This document shows positions 55,240 through 64,000 of a stretch of 64,000 bases of DNA, piece by piece (the first letter of the stretch is position 1; the number at the start of each line of letters is the position of its first letter). This DNA comes from Oscillospiraceae bacterium (GTDB lineage: Bacteria; Bacillota; Clostridia; Oscillospirales; Oscillospiraceae), in contig JAFQZI010000035.1 of the NCBI GenBank assembly GCA_017406005.1, positions 35,823 through 99,822 of the forward strand, written 5' to 3'. The translations under genes were made by a program, and so were the position numbers. The notes under the pieces were generated by a model. It saw only the letters and a program-made list of their open reading frames with translations. It ran no database searches and was not told where the DNA came from.

Positions 55240-56130
55240 ATGGGCGGACGTAATGCTAAAGCCTGGCTCTATCTGCTGCCGGCTGTGCTTTTCCTGGGTT
55301 TTTTCATGGTCTATCCGCTGTTTGATGTGTTTATCTATTCTTTCGAGGAGGGATATAATTCCGCATCGCAGACGTATTTCGGAACAGGCCTGTATAACTA
55401 TTCCTATGTCCTGCATGATCCGTATTTTCTCCAGGCTGTGAAAAACACCTTTATCATTGTCATCATCACGGTGCCGGTATCCACGGGGATAGCCCTGCTG
55501 ATTTCCCTGGCGCTGAGTTCCATCCGGAAGGTTCAGGATCTGTACCAGACAGTGTTTTTCCTGCCTTATGTCACCAACACCCTGGCTGTCGGTCTCGTTT
55601 TTATGATCCTTTTCAAAAAAACCGCTTATTCGGATGGTTTGATCAATCTGCTGATCCGCTTTTTCGGAGGCAGGACAGTTGACTTTATCGACGGGCCTTA
55701 CTGGGCCAAGATGTTTGTCATGTGCTTTTACACCGTCTGGGTGGTCATGCCTTTTAAAATCCTCATCCTGACGAGTGCGCTTGCCTCCGTCAACCAGGAT
55801 TATTATCGTGCAGCGCGCATTGACGCTACCCCGAAGTGGCGCATTTTCACGCGCATTACACTGCCGATGATCTCTCCGATGATCTTCTATCTCATCATTA
55901 CCGGCTTTATCGGCGCGTTCAAGGCATACAGCGATGAGGTTGCCCTTTTCGGCACGGATCTGAATTCCGCCGGTATGAATACCATTGTGGGCTACGTCTA
56001 TGATATGCTGTACGGCAACAGCGGGGGATATCCTTCGTATGCATCCTCTGCGGCTATTATCCTCTTTGCCATAGTCCTGACCATCACGTGCATCAATCTG
56101 CTCGTGAGCGGCAGGAATGTGAGAACCTGA
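55240..56130 (+). CDS. carbohydrate ABC transporter permease (MalF/UgpA-like)
   Basis: 296 aa, 6 TM segments, EAA-type loop (YYRAARIDATPKWRIFTRITLP). Confidence 0.9.
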   Translation: MGGRNAKAWLYLLPAVLFLGFFMVYPLFDVFIYSFEEGYNSASQTYFGTGLYNYSYVLHDPYFLQAVKNTFIIVIITVPVSTGIALLISLALSSIRKVQDLYQTVFFLPYVTNTLAVGLVFMILFKKTAYSDGLINLLIRFFGGRTVDFIDGPYWAKMFVMCFYTVWVVMPFKILILTSALASVNQDYYRAARIDATPKWRIFTRITLPMISPMIFYLIITGFIGAFKAYSDEVALFGTDLNSAGMNTIVGYVYDMLYGNSGGYPSYASSAAIILFAIVLTITCINLLVSGRNVRT

Positions 56131-56139
56131 GGTACCGCC

Positions 56140-57015
56140 ATGAAAACTAACACCGATTATGATCAGATTGCCCGTGCCGCCAGAGTACGGGAGAGGGCAA
56201 GAAAGACGGTTCTCTATGTGTTCCTGACCGTCTGGGCGCTGATGGTTCTCTTCCCGTTTTACTGGATGCTTCTCACCTCCGTGAAGAGCTACAGTTCTTA
56301 CAACTCCGAATATATCCCGAAGTTCTTTACCCTCGCCCCGACGATCCAGAATTATATAGACGCGTTTACCACCGTCCCGCTTGCGAGGTATTTTACCAAC
56401 ACGATCATCTTTACCCTGGCCACCACAGCGCTGATGATGCTTGTTATCATTCCTGCAGCTTTTGCCTTTTCACGGCTGGAATTTCGGGGAAAAAACCTTG
56501 TTTTTACACTGTTTCTCTCCCTGATGATGATCCCCAATGAACTGGTCATCATCACCAATTTTCAGACGATTACAAACTGGGGCATGCGCAATACCTTCTG
56601 GGGGCTGATCCTCCCGTCGGTCACATCCGTCTTTTATATCTATCTGTTGAAAGAGAATTTTGAACAGATCCCTGATGAGCTTTACAAAGCTGCCAAGGTG
56701 GACGGGACCTCCGATCTCAAATATCTTCTCCGTGTCATGATTCCGATCTGCCGGCCGACGATCATAACCATCACCATCCTCAAAGTGATTGAATGCTGGA
56801 ATTCTTATGTGTGGCCACGCCTGATCACAGATAACGAGAATTATTTTCTCGTTTCCAACGGCATACAGGAAATCCGCGAAAACGGCTTCGGGCGTGAAAA
56901 TATCCCTGCTATGATGGCAGCTGTTGTCGTGATATCTATTCCGCTGATCCTTATCTTTCTGATTTTCCACAAGAAGATCATGGAAGGAGTTTCGAGAGGA
57001 GGGACGAAGGGATGA
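56140..57015 (+). CDS. carbohydrate ABC transporter permease (MalG/UgpE-like)
   Basis: 291 aa, EAA loop (LYKAAKVDGTSDLKYLLRVMIP). Confidence 0.9.
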   Translation: MKTNTDYDQIARAARVRERARKTVLYVFLTVWALMVLFPFYWMLLTSVKSYSSYNSEYIPKFFTLAPTIQNYIDAFTTVPLARYFTNTIIFTLATTALMMLVIIPAAFAFSRLEFRGKNLVFTLFLSLMMIPNELVIITNFQTITNWGMRNTFWGLILPSVTSVFYIYLLKENFEQIPDELYKAAKVDGTSDLKYLLRVMIPICRPTIITITILKVIECWNSYVWPRLITDNENYFLVSNGIQEIRENGFGRENIPAMMAAVVVISIPLILIFLIFHKKIMEGVSRGGTKG

Positions 57016-58634
57016 CCGGTTCCTTAAAACGCAGGGTTGCCTCTCTGCTGCTCCTGGTCATGCTTGTTTTCGGTGCGCTGATTCTGCCGGGATGCCACGG
57101 TTCCCGTAACCGCTCCGCTTTCAGCCTTCCGGAAACCTTTGATGAATCACGCCCTATCAGCATTACCTTCTGGGCAAAAAATGATACCAATAAAGTACAG
57201 ACCGCCATTTATGAAAAGGCAATCCGTGATTTTGAAGCGCTTTATCCCAGCATCACGGTCACTATGCGCCTTTATACCGATTACGGCCGCATCTATAATG
57301 ACGTGATTACCAACATCGCAACCGACACCACACCAAATGTCTGTATCACATACCCGGATCATATCGCTACCTATCTCACGGGCAGTGACGTGGTAGTGCC
57401 TCTGGATGATCTCCTCACCGACCCGCGATATGGTCTCGGCGGCAGTGAGATCCGGTTTGATTCTCCGAAAAAAGAAGAGGTGGTTCCGGAGTTTCTGCAG
57501 GAGTGCAGTATCGGCGGGCAGATCTATGCTCTTCCGTATATGCGCTCTACGGAGGCATGTTATGTTAACAAGACTTTCGTGGAAAAACTGGGCTACACGC
57601 TTCCGGAAGTGCTGACGTGGGATTTTGTCTGGGAGGTTTCCGATGCCGCTGCAAAGAAGGACTCCTCCGGAACTTATCTGGTAAACGGCCAGAAGGTTAT
57701 GATCCCTTTCCTTTATAAATCCACCGACAACATGATGATTCAGATGCTCCGCCAGCTCGATGCCGGATACTCTGACGAGAACGGAAAAATCGAAATCTTC
57801 AACGATACCACCAGGTCCCTTCTGCAGACGATAGCTGAACATGTAAAACAGGGTTCCTTCTCAACCTTTAAAATATCCAGTTATCCTGCAAACTTTCTCA
57901 ACGCGGGGCAGTGCGTCTTTGCAGTGGATTCCACAGCCGGTTCCACCTGGATGGGCACCAATGCGCCGCTGCTTGACATCAGTGCCGATAAAGTGGTAGA
58001 CTTTGAAACGGTTGTAATGACGATCCCGCAGTTTGATCCTTCCCATCAGCGTATGATCTCCCAAGGGCCGTCTGTATGCATGTTCAACAAGCCGGACAGG
58101 CAGGAAGTTCTTGCCTCCTGGCTCTTCTTGCAGTACCTTCTCTCCAACGAAGTGCAGATAGCCTATGCCGAGACGGAAGGCTATGTTCCCGTCACGCTGA
58201 AGGCACAGCAGGCACCTGAATATCAGGACTATCTCTCCCGCATCGGTGAGGATAACAATCTGTACTACGATGTAAAGATCCTCGCCTCACAGCTTCTGCT
58301 CTCCCATACGGAAGACACGTTCGTCACTCCGGTTTTCAACGGCTCCGCCTCTCTGCGTGATGCTGCCGGGCAGATGATCGAAAATGTTACCAAGTCTGTC
58401 CGCAGGAAGGAAGCCGTCAACGATGCGTATTATGAGAAGCTTTATGCGGATATGGTTTCCCTCTATCACCTGAATCTCGAAGGCACTGGTGCTTCCGCAT
58501 CTTCCCGGCAGGAACTCGGTCCGCTGCCGCACACAGCAGTGGTGCTGCTTACATCCATTGCTTGTGCCTGGTTGCTGATAGCGCTGTATTTCTGCGTAAA
58601 ACAGTTCAAAAAAAGAAAGGCTGAACATTCATGA
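57012..58634 (+). CDS. extracellular solute-binding protein with an N-terminal lipobox-like signal and a C-terminal LPHTA plus TM plus basic tail
   Basis: Signal peptide ending ILPGC. A family-1 SBP-sized body (540 aa). C-terminus LPHTAVVLLTSIACAWLLIALYFCVKQFKKRKAEHS. Confidence 0.85.
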   Translation: MTGSLKRRVASLLLLVMLVFGALILPGCHGSRNRSAFSLPETFDESRPISITFWAKNDTNKVQTAIYEKAIRDFEALYPSITVTMRLYTDYGRIYNDVITNIATDTTPNVCITYPDHIATYLTGSDVVVPLDDLLTDPRYGLGGSEIRFDSPKKEEVVPEFLQECSIGGQIYALPYMRSTEACYVNKTFVEKLGYTLPEVLTWDFVWEVSDAAAKKDSSGTYLVNGQKVMIPFLYKSTDNMMIQMLRQLDAGYSDENGKIEIFNDTTRSLLQTIAEHVKQGSFSTFKISSYPANFLNAGQCVFAVDSTAGSTWMGTNAPLLDISADKVVDFETVVMTIPQFDPSHQRMISQGPSVCMFNKPDRQEVLASWLFLQYLLSNEVQIAYAETEGYVPVTLKAQQAPEYQDYLSRIGEDNNLYYDVKILASQLLLSHTEDTFVTPVFNGSASLRDAAGQMIENVTKSVRRKEAVNDAYYEKLYADMVSLYHLNLEGTGASASSRQELGPLPHTAVVLLTSIACAWLLIALYFCVKQFKKRKAEHS

Positions 58635-59806
58635 ACCAGTTTATTCCGCTTTCCATCCCTAATTTTGAGGGGAATGAGAAGGCATATGTTAACGAGGCAC
58701 TCGATCTCGGCTGGGTGTCTACCGGCGGCGCGTTTATTACCCGTCTTGAAAAAGATCTGGCTTCTTTTCTGCATGTGAAGGATGTGGCTGCCTGTCAGAG
58801 CGGCACGGCCGCCCTCCATCTCTCTCTTGTCGAGGCCGGCGTCCGCCCGGGAGATGTGGTTCTCGTCCCGCCGCTGACGTTTATTGCCGCCGTTAACCCG
58901 GTAAAATATCAGTTTGCCACCCCCGTTTTTATTGACTGTGATGATTCCTTCTGTATGGATCCGCAAAAACTCCGTTCTTTTTGTGAGCAGGAGTGCCTTT
59001 TTGACGGCAGGGTTCTCACCTGGCATGGGAAGCCGGTCAAGGCTGTAGTTGTCGTCCATGTCTTCGGGAATATGGCGGATATGGCCTCCATCATGGAGAT
59101 TGCCGAAACCTATCATCTTTTCGTGATCGAAGATGCCACGGAAGCCCTCGGCACCATTTATACGGAAGGGCCTTTTGCCGGCCGTTTTGCCGGAACGATA
59201 GGCCATTTCGGGGCTTTCAGTTTCAACGGAAACAAGATTATTACCACAGGAGGCGGGGGAGCTGTCACTTCACGCAACTTGGAGACCGTTAGCCATCTCC
59301 GTTACCTCTCTACACAGGCGAAAAATGATCCTCATTATTATATCCACGATGAAATCGGCTTCAACTACCGTATGACAAATCTACAGGCAGCCCTCGGCGT
59401 TGCCCAGATGGAAGAACTGCCGGAATTCATCCGTCGCAAGCAGCACAATTATGAGCTTTATTGTCGTGAATTTGTGGGGTTCTCTCTTGCCTCGATGATG
59501 CCTTTCCGTGAGGGGACTTCTTCCAATCATTGGTTTTACTCTCTGAAGATCAACCGTGATGCAGTTTCTGCCTCTATGCGTACCATTATTACATCCCTCG
59601 GAGAGAAAGGCATTCAGACCAGGGCGATTTGGGGCCTGATCAACGAACAGAAGCCCTATGAAGGGGAGGAGACGTATCTCCTCGAGAAGGCTCCGTACTA
59701 CGCCTCACGCATTCTCAATCTGCCCTGCAGCACGCAGATTACCGAGGATGAGATTCTCACTGTCTGTCGCGAAGTCAAACAGCTTCTGACGGAATTGTCA
59801 GAGTAA
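58631..59806 (+). CDS. DegT/DnrJ/EryC1/StrS family PLP-dependent aminotransferase
   Basis: 391 aa. Motifs IPL..P.F.G.E..YV..ALD.GW, VIEDATEALG and FSFNGNKIITTGGGGAV (PLP lysine). 4-nt ATGA overlap with the SBP gene. Confidence 0.9.
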   Translation: MNQFIPLSIPNFEGNEKAYVNEALDLGWVSTGGAFITRLEKDLASFLHVKDVAACQSGTAALHLSLVEAGVRPGDVVLVPPLTFIAAVNPVKYQFATPVFIDCDDSFCMDPQKLRSFCEQECLFDGRVLTWHGKPVKAVVVVHVFGNMADMASIMEIAETYHLFVIEDATEALGTIYTEGPFAGRFAGTIGHFGAFSFNGNKIITTGGGGAVTSRNLETVSHLRYLSTQAKNDPHYYIHDEIGFNYRMTNLQAALGVAQMEELPEFIRRKQHNYELYCREFVGFSLASMMPFREGTSSNHWFYSLKINRDAVSASMRTIITSLGEKGIQTRAIWGLINEQKPYEGEETYLLEKAPYYASRILNLPCSTQITEDEILTVCREVKQLLTELSE

Positions 59807-59843
59807 GAATTACGAATCAAAAACAAAATTCATCATTTTTTGC

Positions 59844-59871
59844 TTGCATTGTAGCTGAAAAGGGTTATAAT
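59844..59871 (+). promoter_or_regulatory. candidate sigma-A promoter for the lipoprotein gene
   Basis: TTGCAT, 16-nt spacer, TATAAT. Confidence 0.45.
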
Positions 59872-59940
59872 GGAATGCGTTTGTTGCCGGTGTTTTTGCA
59901 CCCGGGCAAAAAATACTCTTTATAAAAGGAGATAAGATCT

Positions 59941-60852
59941 ATGAAAAAGATTCTCGTCCTGATGCTTGTGCTTGCTCTTGTCTTTACGTCTGCTGCATGC
60001 GGTACCGCAAAGCCTGCCGCAACGCCTGAACCGACTCCTGCTCCGACGGCTGAGCCCACTCCCGAGCCGACCCCGGAACCGACTCCCGAACCTACTCCTG
60101 AGCCCACTCCGGAACCGACCCCTGAACCCACGGAAGCCCCTGCAGAAGAAGCTCCGGCAGAAGAAGAACCTGCGGAGGAAGCTCCTGCTGAGGCAGAGGA
60201 AGCTGCGGAAGAAGCTGCTCCCGCTCTCATGACCTATGCTGAATACGCTGCAGCCGATATCGATACGCCTGTCTGTGTTGAAACCTATGTGCAGGCTCAC
60301 CAGTCCTGGTGGGACGGTAAAGTTACCGTGTACACCCAGGATAAGGACGGCGCCTACTTCGTTTACAACATGGCCTGCTCTGAAGAAGATGCAGCCAAGC
60401 TTGTTCCCGGCACAAAAATCAAGGTTACCGGATATAAGGCAGAATGGTCCGGCGAGATTGAAATTGTTGATGCAACGTTTGAATTTGTAGAAGGTGACTC
60501 TTTTGTTGCCGAAGCAACTGATGTTACCGAACTTCTCGGTACCGATGATCTCGTCGCTCACCAGAATCAGCTGGTCTCCCTCAAAGGCATGACGGTCGAA
60601 GCTTATGATGATGCAGGTGCTGCGTTTGCTTACAAGAATGAGACCGAGAAAACAGATGACCTTTATTTCAAGGTCTCCAAGGACGGCAAAACCTTTGAGT
60701 TCTGTGTGGAATTCTACCTCTGCGGTAAGGACACCGATGTCTATAAAGCTGTTGAAGCAATGAAAGTCGGCGATGTTGTCGATCTCGAAGGCTTCCTCTA
60801 CTGGTATGAGGGTGCAAACCTCCACACCACAAGTCTCAAGGCAGCTGCCTGA
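59941..60852 (+). CDS. lipoprotein with an (EPTP)n/acidic linker and a C-terminal globular domain of unknown function
   Basis: Signal peptide MKKILVLMLVLALVFTSAAC (lipobox), an EPTP repeat linker, and a ~200-aa beta-rich domain. Confidence 0.7.
   Translation: MKKILVLMLVLALVFTSAACGTAKPAATPEPTPAPTAEPTPEPTPEPTPEPTPEPTPEPTPEPTEAPAEEAPAEEEPAEEAPAEAEEAAEEAAPALMTYAEYAAADIDTPVCVETYVQAHQSWWDGKVTVYTQDKDGAYFVYNMACSEEDAAKLVPGTKIKVTGYKAEWSGEIEIVDATFEFVEGDSFVAEATDVTELLGTDDLVAHQNQLVSLKGMTVEAYDDAGAAFAYKNETEKTDDLYFKVSKDGKTFEFCVEFYLCGKDTDVYKAVEAMKVGDVVDLEGFLYWYEGANLHTTSLKAAA
60022..60132 (+). repeat. in-frame 12-nt tandem repeat encoding (EPTP)n
   Basis: TPEPTPAPTAEPTPEPTPEPTPEPTPEPTPEPTPEPT, read from the DNA. 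Confidence 0.9.
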
Positions 60853-60866
60853 TTATAGTTATGTTA

Positions 60867-60894
60867 ATCAGCCGCTCTATCACGAGCGGCTGAT
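60867..60894 (+). terminator. hairpin after the lipoprotein gene (no clear U tract)
   Basis: 11-bp stem ATCAGCCGCTC/GAGCGGCTGAT. Confidence 0.35.
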
Positions 60895-60966
60895 CTTACA
60901 AAATGAGTTTACAATTTCTTAACAAAACAATGGAAAAACAAAGTTATAGCTTTCTGGAAACCACTG

Positions 60967-60996
60967 TGCTATAATCACGTTAACATTATGTTAACG
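60967..60996 (+). promoter_or_regulatory. extended -10 (TGCTATAAT) followed by a 19-bp perfect palindrome, upstream of murA
   Basis: TGnTATAAT at 60967-60975. CGTTAACATTATGTTAACG at 60978-60996. Confidence 0.45.
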
Positions 60997-61042
60997 CTAA
61001 TATTTTTAACTTAATTATAGAATACTTAGGTGGTGTTTTCCT

Positions 61043-62353
61043 TTGGAAAGATACGGATATGTCATCAACGGCGGAACGCCTCTGAAAGGTGAAGTCGTAA
61101 TCAGCGGTGCAAAAAATGCTGCTGTTGCTATGATTCCCGCAGCCCTGTTGGTTGACGGCGTTTGCCGCATTGAGAATATGCCGCACATCAGTGATACCGA
61201 TATGCTCCTTACCATCGTTTCCGAGCTCGGTGCAAAAGTCCGGTTTGTGAACCGTTCCACTGTTGATATTGATTGTACGCATGTCTCCTTCCGTGATACC
61301 CCGTTTGATCTGATGCGTAAAATTCGCGCATCCTATTATCTCATCGGTGCTATGCTGGGCCGGTTCGGTGTTTCAAAAACGACGATGCCGGGCGGATGTA
61401 ATTTCGGCGAACGCCCGATTGATCAGCATATCAAGGGCATGGAAGCTCTCGGTGCCGATGTCTCCATTCAGCATGGTTTTGTCTATGCTTCCGCACGTGA
61501 CGGAAAGATGCACGGTTCCAAAGTCTATCTGGACAAGGTTTCCGTAGGCGCTACCATCAATATTATTCTGGCTGCTGTTCTTGCTTCCGGCAGGACGATT
61601 ATTGAAAATGCAGCGCGTGAACCGCATATCGTCGACCTTGCGAACTTCCTGAACTCTATGGGAGCGGATGTCCGCGGCGCCGGTACAGACACAATTAAGA
61701 TTTACGGTGTTGAAAAACTGCATGGCGGCACTTATGCTGTTATTCCCGATCAAATAGAAGCCGGTACGTATATGGTTGCGGCTGCCGCAACCGGCGGAGA
61801 AGTTCTGATTAAAAACGTTATCCCCAAGCACCTTGAGTGCATCAGCGACAAGCTGCGTGAAACCGGCACCATCGTTCAGAAGTATGAAGACGCTGTCCTT
61901 GTAAAGGGAGCGAGCAATCTCCATAAAACCAATGTAAAAACAATGCCTTATCCCGGATTCCCGACGGATATGCAGCCTCAGATGGCAGTTCTTCTCACCA
62001 TGGCCAGCGGGACGTCCGTCATCACCGAAGGCATCTACGACAATCGTTTTAAATATGCACAGGAACTGCTGAAAATGGGCGCCGACATCCATGTTGAAGG
62101 GAAAGTCTGCATCATTTCCGGTGTAAAGACGCTGACCGGTGCACCCGTTATGGCGTGCGATCTCCGTGCAGGTGCAGCCATGGTTATTGCAGGCCTTTGT
62201 GCAGAGGGCGAAACTGTTATTGAAGACGTGCATTATATTGAGCGCGGCTATGAAGACTTTGTCGGAAAACTAAAACGGCTCGGTGCCGATATCTCAGCTG
62301 TCTGGTTCCCTGACCGGGACGATGCTCCGGCCAGAATCACCATCGCAGGCTGA
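61043..62353 (+). CDS. murA: UDP-N-acetylglucosamine 1-carboxyvinyltransferase
   Basis: 436 aa. Active-site loop PGGCNFGERPIDQH with Cys retained. TTG start with an AGGTGG RBS. Confidence 0.95.
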   Translation: MERYGYVINGGTPLKGEVVISGAKNAAVAMIPAALLVDGVCRIENMPHISDTDMLLTIVSELGAKVRFVNRSTVDIDCTHVSFRDTPFDLMRKIRASYYLIGAMLGRFGVSKTTMPGGCNFGERPIDQHIKGMEALGADVSIQHGFVYASARDGKMHGSKVYLDKVSVGATINIILAAVLASGRTIIENAAREPHIVDLANFLNSMGADVRGAGTDTIKIYGVEKLHGGTYAVIPDQIEAGTYMVAAAATGGEVLIKNVIPKHLECISDKLRETGTIVQKYEDAVLVKGASNLHKTNVKTMPYPGFPTDMQPQMAVLLTMASGTSVITEGIYDNRFKYAQELLKMGADIHVEGKVCIISGVKTLTGAPVMACDLRAGAAMVIAGLCAEGETVIEDVHYIERGYEDFVGKLKRLGADISAVWFPDRDDAPARITIAG

Positions 62354-62371
62354 ACTGAATTTGAAAATTCC

Positions 62372-62400
62372 GGGGTGCTTATCGGCACCCTTTTTCTTTT
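62372..62400 (+). terminator. rho-independent terminator after murA
   Basis: Stem GGGTGC/GCACCC followed by TTTTTCTTTT. Confidence 0.7.
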
Positions 62401-62419
62401 TAAAGCGAGGTTATAAACC

Positions 62420-62902
62420 ATGTTATCTGTAAAACTCATCTGTGTTGGCCGTCTTCGCGAGAAATTCTACATAGATGCTTTTGCTGAATATGCAAAACGC
62501 CTGAACCCCTACTGTCATTTTGAATGTCTTGAACTACCGGAAGTCCGTCTATCCGAGCGACCATCTGATGCAGAAATTGCTGCAGCTCTTGACAAAGAAG
62601 CAGATCTTGTGGTAAAAAATATACCACAGGGCAGTTATCTTGTAGCACTTTGCATCGAGGGTAAAAAGTTATCCAGCGAAGACCTTGCTTCCGTAATCCG
62701 GAAGCGGGAGAGCTCCGGAAAACCAAAGCTCTGTTTTGTTATAGGGTCCTCTTATGGCCTTTCCGATAAGATCAAGGGCGTTTCCGATCTCCGCCTTTCC
62801 ATGTCGGATATGACGTTTCCGCATCATCTTGCGCGCGTTATGCTCGCCGAACAGATTTACCGCGGATTCAAGATAAATGAAGGCTCTTCCTATCACAAAT
62901 AA
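62420..62902 (+). CDS. rlmH: 23S rRNA (pseudouridine1915-N3)-methyltransferase
   Basis: 160-aa SPOUT protein with the C-terminal motif FPHHLARVMLAEQIYRG. Confidence 0.92.
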   Translation: MLSVKLICVGRLREKFYIDAFAEYAKRLNPYCHFECLELPEVRLSERPSDAEIAAALDKEADLVVKNIPQGSYLVALCIEGKKLSSEDLASVIRKRESSGKPKLCFVIGSSYGLSDKIKGVSDLRLSMSDMTFPHHLARVMLAEQIYRGFKINEGSSYHK

Positions 62903-62962
62903 AAACACAAAAAAATACTTATATTATAATCAAAAAGAAATTATTTAGGAGGACAATTGTAT

Positions 62963-64000
62963 ATGGGAACCTACATGGAAGAATACCAGAAGTGGCTTGA
63001 CAGCCCGTCTCTCACCGAAGCGGAGTGGAGCGAACTCAATGCTATTTCCGAAGATGACAACGAGATTAAAAACCGTTTCTTTGCTCCGCTGGAATTCGGC
63101 ACAGCGGGTCTCCGCGGCACTATGAAAACCGGTCTGCACAACATGAACATCCACATTATCCGCCATGCCACACAGGCATTTGCCGATGTTATCTGTGCAG
63201 AAGGTCCTGAAGCGATGCAAAAGGGCATTGCCATCGCGCATGACTGCCGCCTCAACAGCCGCCTCTTCGCAGAAGAAGCTGCCTGTGTCATGGCGGCAAA
63301 CGGTATCCACGTCCGTCTGTTCGATGCCCTTCGTCCTACGCCGGAGCTCAGCTTTGCTGTTATTTATTACCATACGGCAGCCGGCCTTAACATCACGGCA
63401 AGCCACAACCCCAAGGAGTATAACGGCTATAAAGTCTACTGGTCTGACGGTGCTCAGCTTCCTCCGCAGAAGGCGGAAGCCATTGCCAAACGAATGGCGG
63501 AGACCGACATCTTTACCTGCTATAAAACCTGTGACTATGAAACCGCTCTTGCAGAAGGAAATATAGAGCTCCTCGGTGCCGAGACGGACGAGCTGTTCCT
63601 TGATCGCGTCCTCTCTCAGGCCATCGATAAGAAAGTGGTTTCCGAAGTAGCGGATGATTTCAAAATCGTGTATACACCGTTCCATGGTTGCGGCTACAAA
63701 ATGGTTCCGGAAGCGCTTCACCGCCTCGGTATCAAACATCTCTATCCGGTCGAAGAGCAGATGGTGATTGACGGCAACTTCCCGACCGTTGTCAGCCCGA
63801 ATCCCGAAAATCCGGAAGGCTTCTACCTGGCGGTTGATCTTGCAAAAAAGGTTGGCAGCGACCTGATTATCGGCACCGACCCGGATTCTGACCGTATCGG
63901 TACCATGGTGCGCAATGCGGATGGGGAGTATGTCACCATTACCGGCAACCAGCTCGGCGTTCTCCTGCTGGATTATATTATCAATGCACGCAAAAAGGAA
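62963..64000 (+). CDS. phospho-sugar mutase (alpha-D-phosphohexomutase family, PgcA-like). 3' end lies beyond the window.
   Basis: Hand translation from the ATG at 62963 (AGGAGG RBS) is open to 64000. It contains FGTAGLRG and the active-site motif TASHNPKEYNGYK. It is absent from the ORF track because no stop is reached. Confidence 0.9.
   Translation, partial: MGTYMEEYQKWLDSPSLTEAEWSELNAISEDDNEIKNRFFAPLEFGTAGLRGTMKTGLHNMNIHIIRHATQAFADVICAEGPEAMQKGIAIAHDCRLNSRLFAEEAACVMAANGIHVRLFDALRPTPELSFAVIYYHTAAGLNITASHNPKEYNGYKVYWSDGAQLPPQKAEAIAKRMAETDIFTCYKTCDYETALAEGNIELLGAETDELFLDRVLSQAIDKKVVSEVADDFKIVYTPFHGCGYKMVPEALHRLGIKHLYPVEEQMVIDGNFPTVVSPNPENPEGFYLAVDLAKKVGSDLIIGTDPDSDRIGTMVRNADGEYVTITGNQLGVLLLDYIINARKKE

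Noticed and set aside
59920-60825. 301-aa minus-strand ORF
   Set aside because: Antisense to the lipoprotein gene. Its Arg/Ser/Gly-rich stretch mirrors the EPTP repeat.
62945-63739. 264-aa minus-strand ORF listed in the track
   Set aside because: Antisense to the phospho-sugar mutase gene. That gene carries the TASHNPKEYNGYK active site and is missing from the track only because it runs off the window.

Overview
This is a 64-kb chromosomal segment that looks Firmicutes/Clostridia-like. That guess rests only on gene content and operon layout: DUF1385-prmC-recA-recX-rimO-pgsA-cysS, pgk-tpiA-gpmI, phoH-ybeY-era-recO-mutS2, uvrC-rsmD-coaD, mraZ-rsmH-murE-mraY, reverse rubrerythrin plus rubredoxin, and a long-form HPF. 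No database search was possible. Roughly 1-35 kb and 60-64 kb are tightly packed housekeeping genes, many with 1-4 nt overlaps. The 35-60 kb stretch is looser and accessory-like. It holds a TPR-LRR surface protein, a 652-aa hendecad-repeat LysM protein, a small sugar-modification block, a frameshifted SRAP gene, and a sugar-type ABC importer coupled to a DegT aminotransferase. I found no rRNA, tRNA, CRISPR array, transposase, integrase or phage gene. The strongest signal not explained by coding features is a five-copy family of a structured ~48-nt palindromic intergenic element confined to 35-54 kb. Its copies differ by compensatory base changes. Two long-form copies carry a second, mutually exclusive stem that also co-varies, and one locus is a tandem array. 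I do not recognise it as a known repeat or RNA family. Other points worth a second look: a PepSY-domain protein with a double-glycine (bacteriocin-type) leader; an SRAP gene broken by one extra base in an A9 run; a substrate-binding protein with both a lipobox and an LPXTA-like sorting signal; a dcw cluster cut down to mraZ-rsmH-murE-mraY with phased GTGG operator repeats; and two well-supported small ORFs below the 60-aa cutoff of the ORF track (a 44-aa rubredoxin and a 59-aa SHOCT-like protein). Many long ORFs in the track are antisense shadows of clear genes and are rejected.
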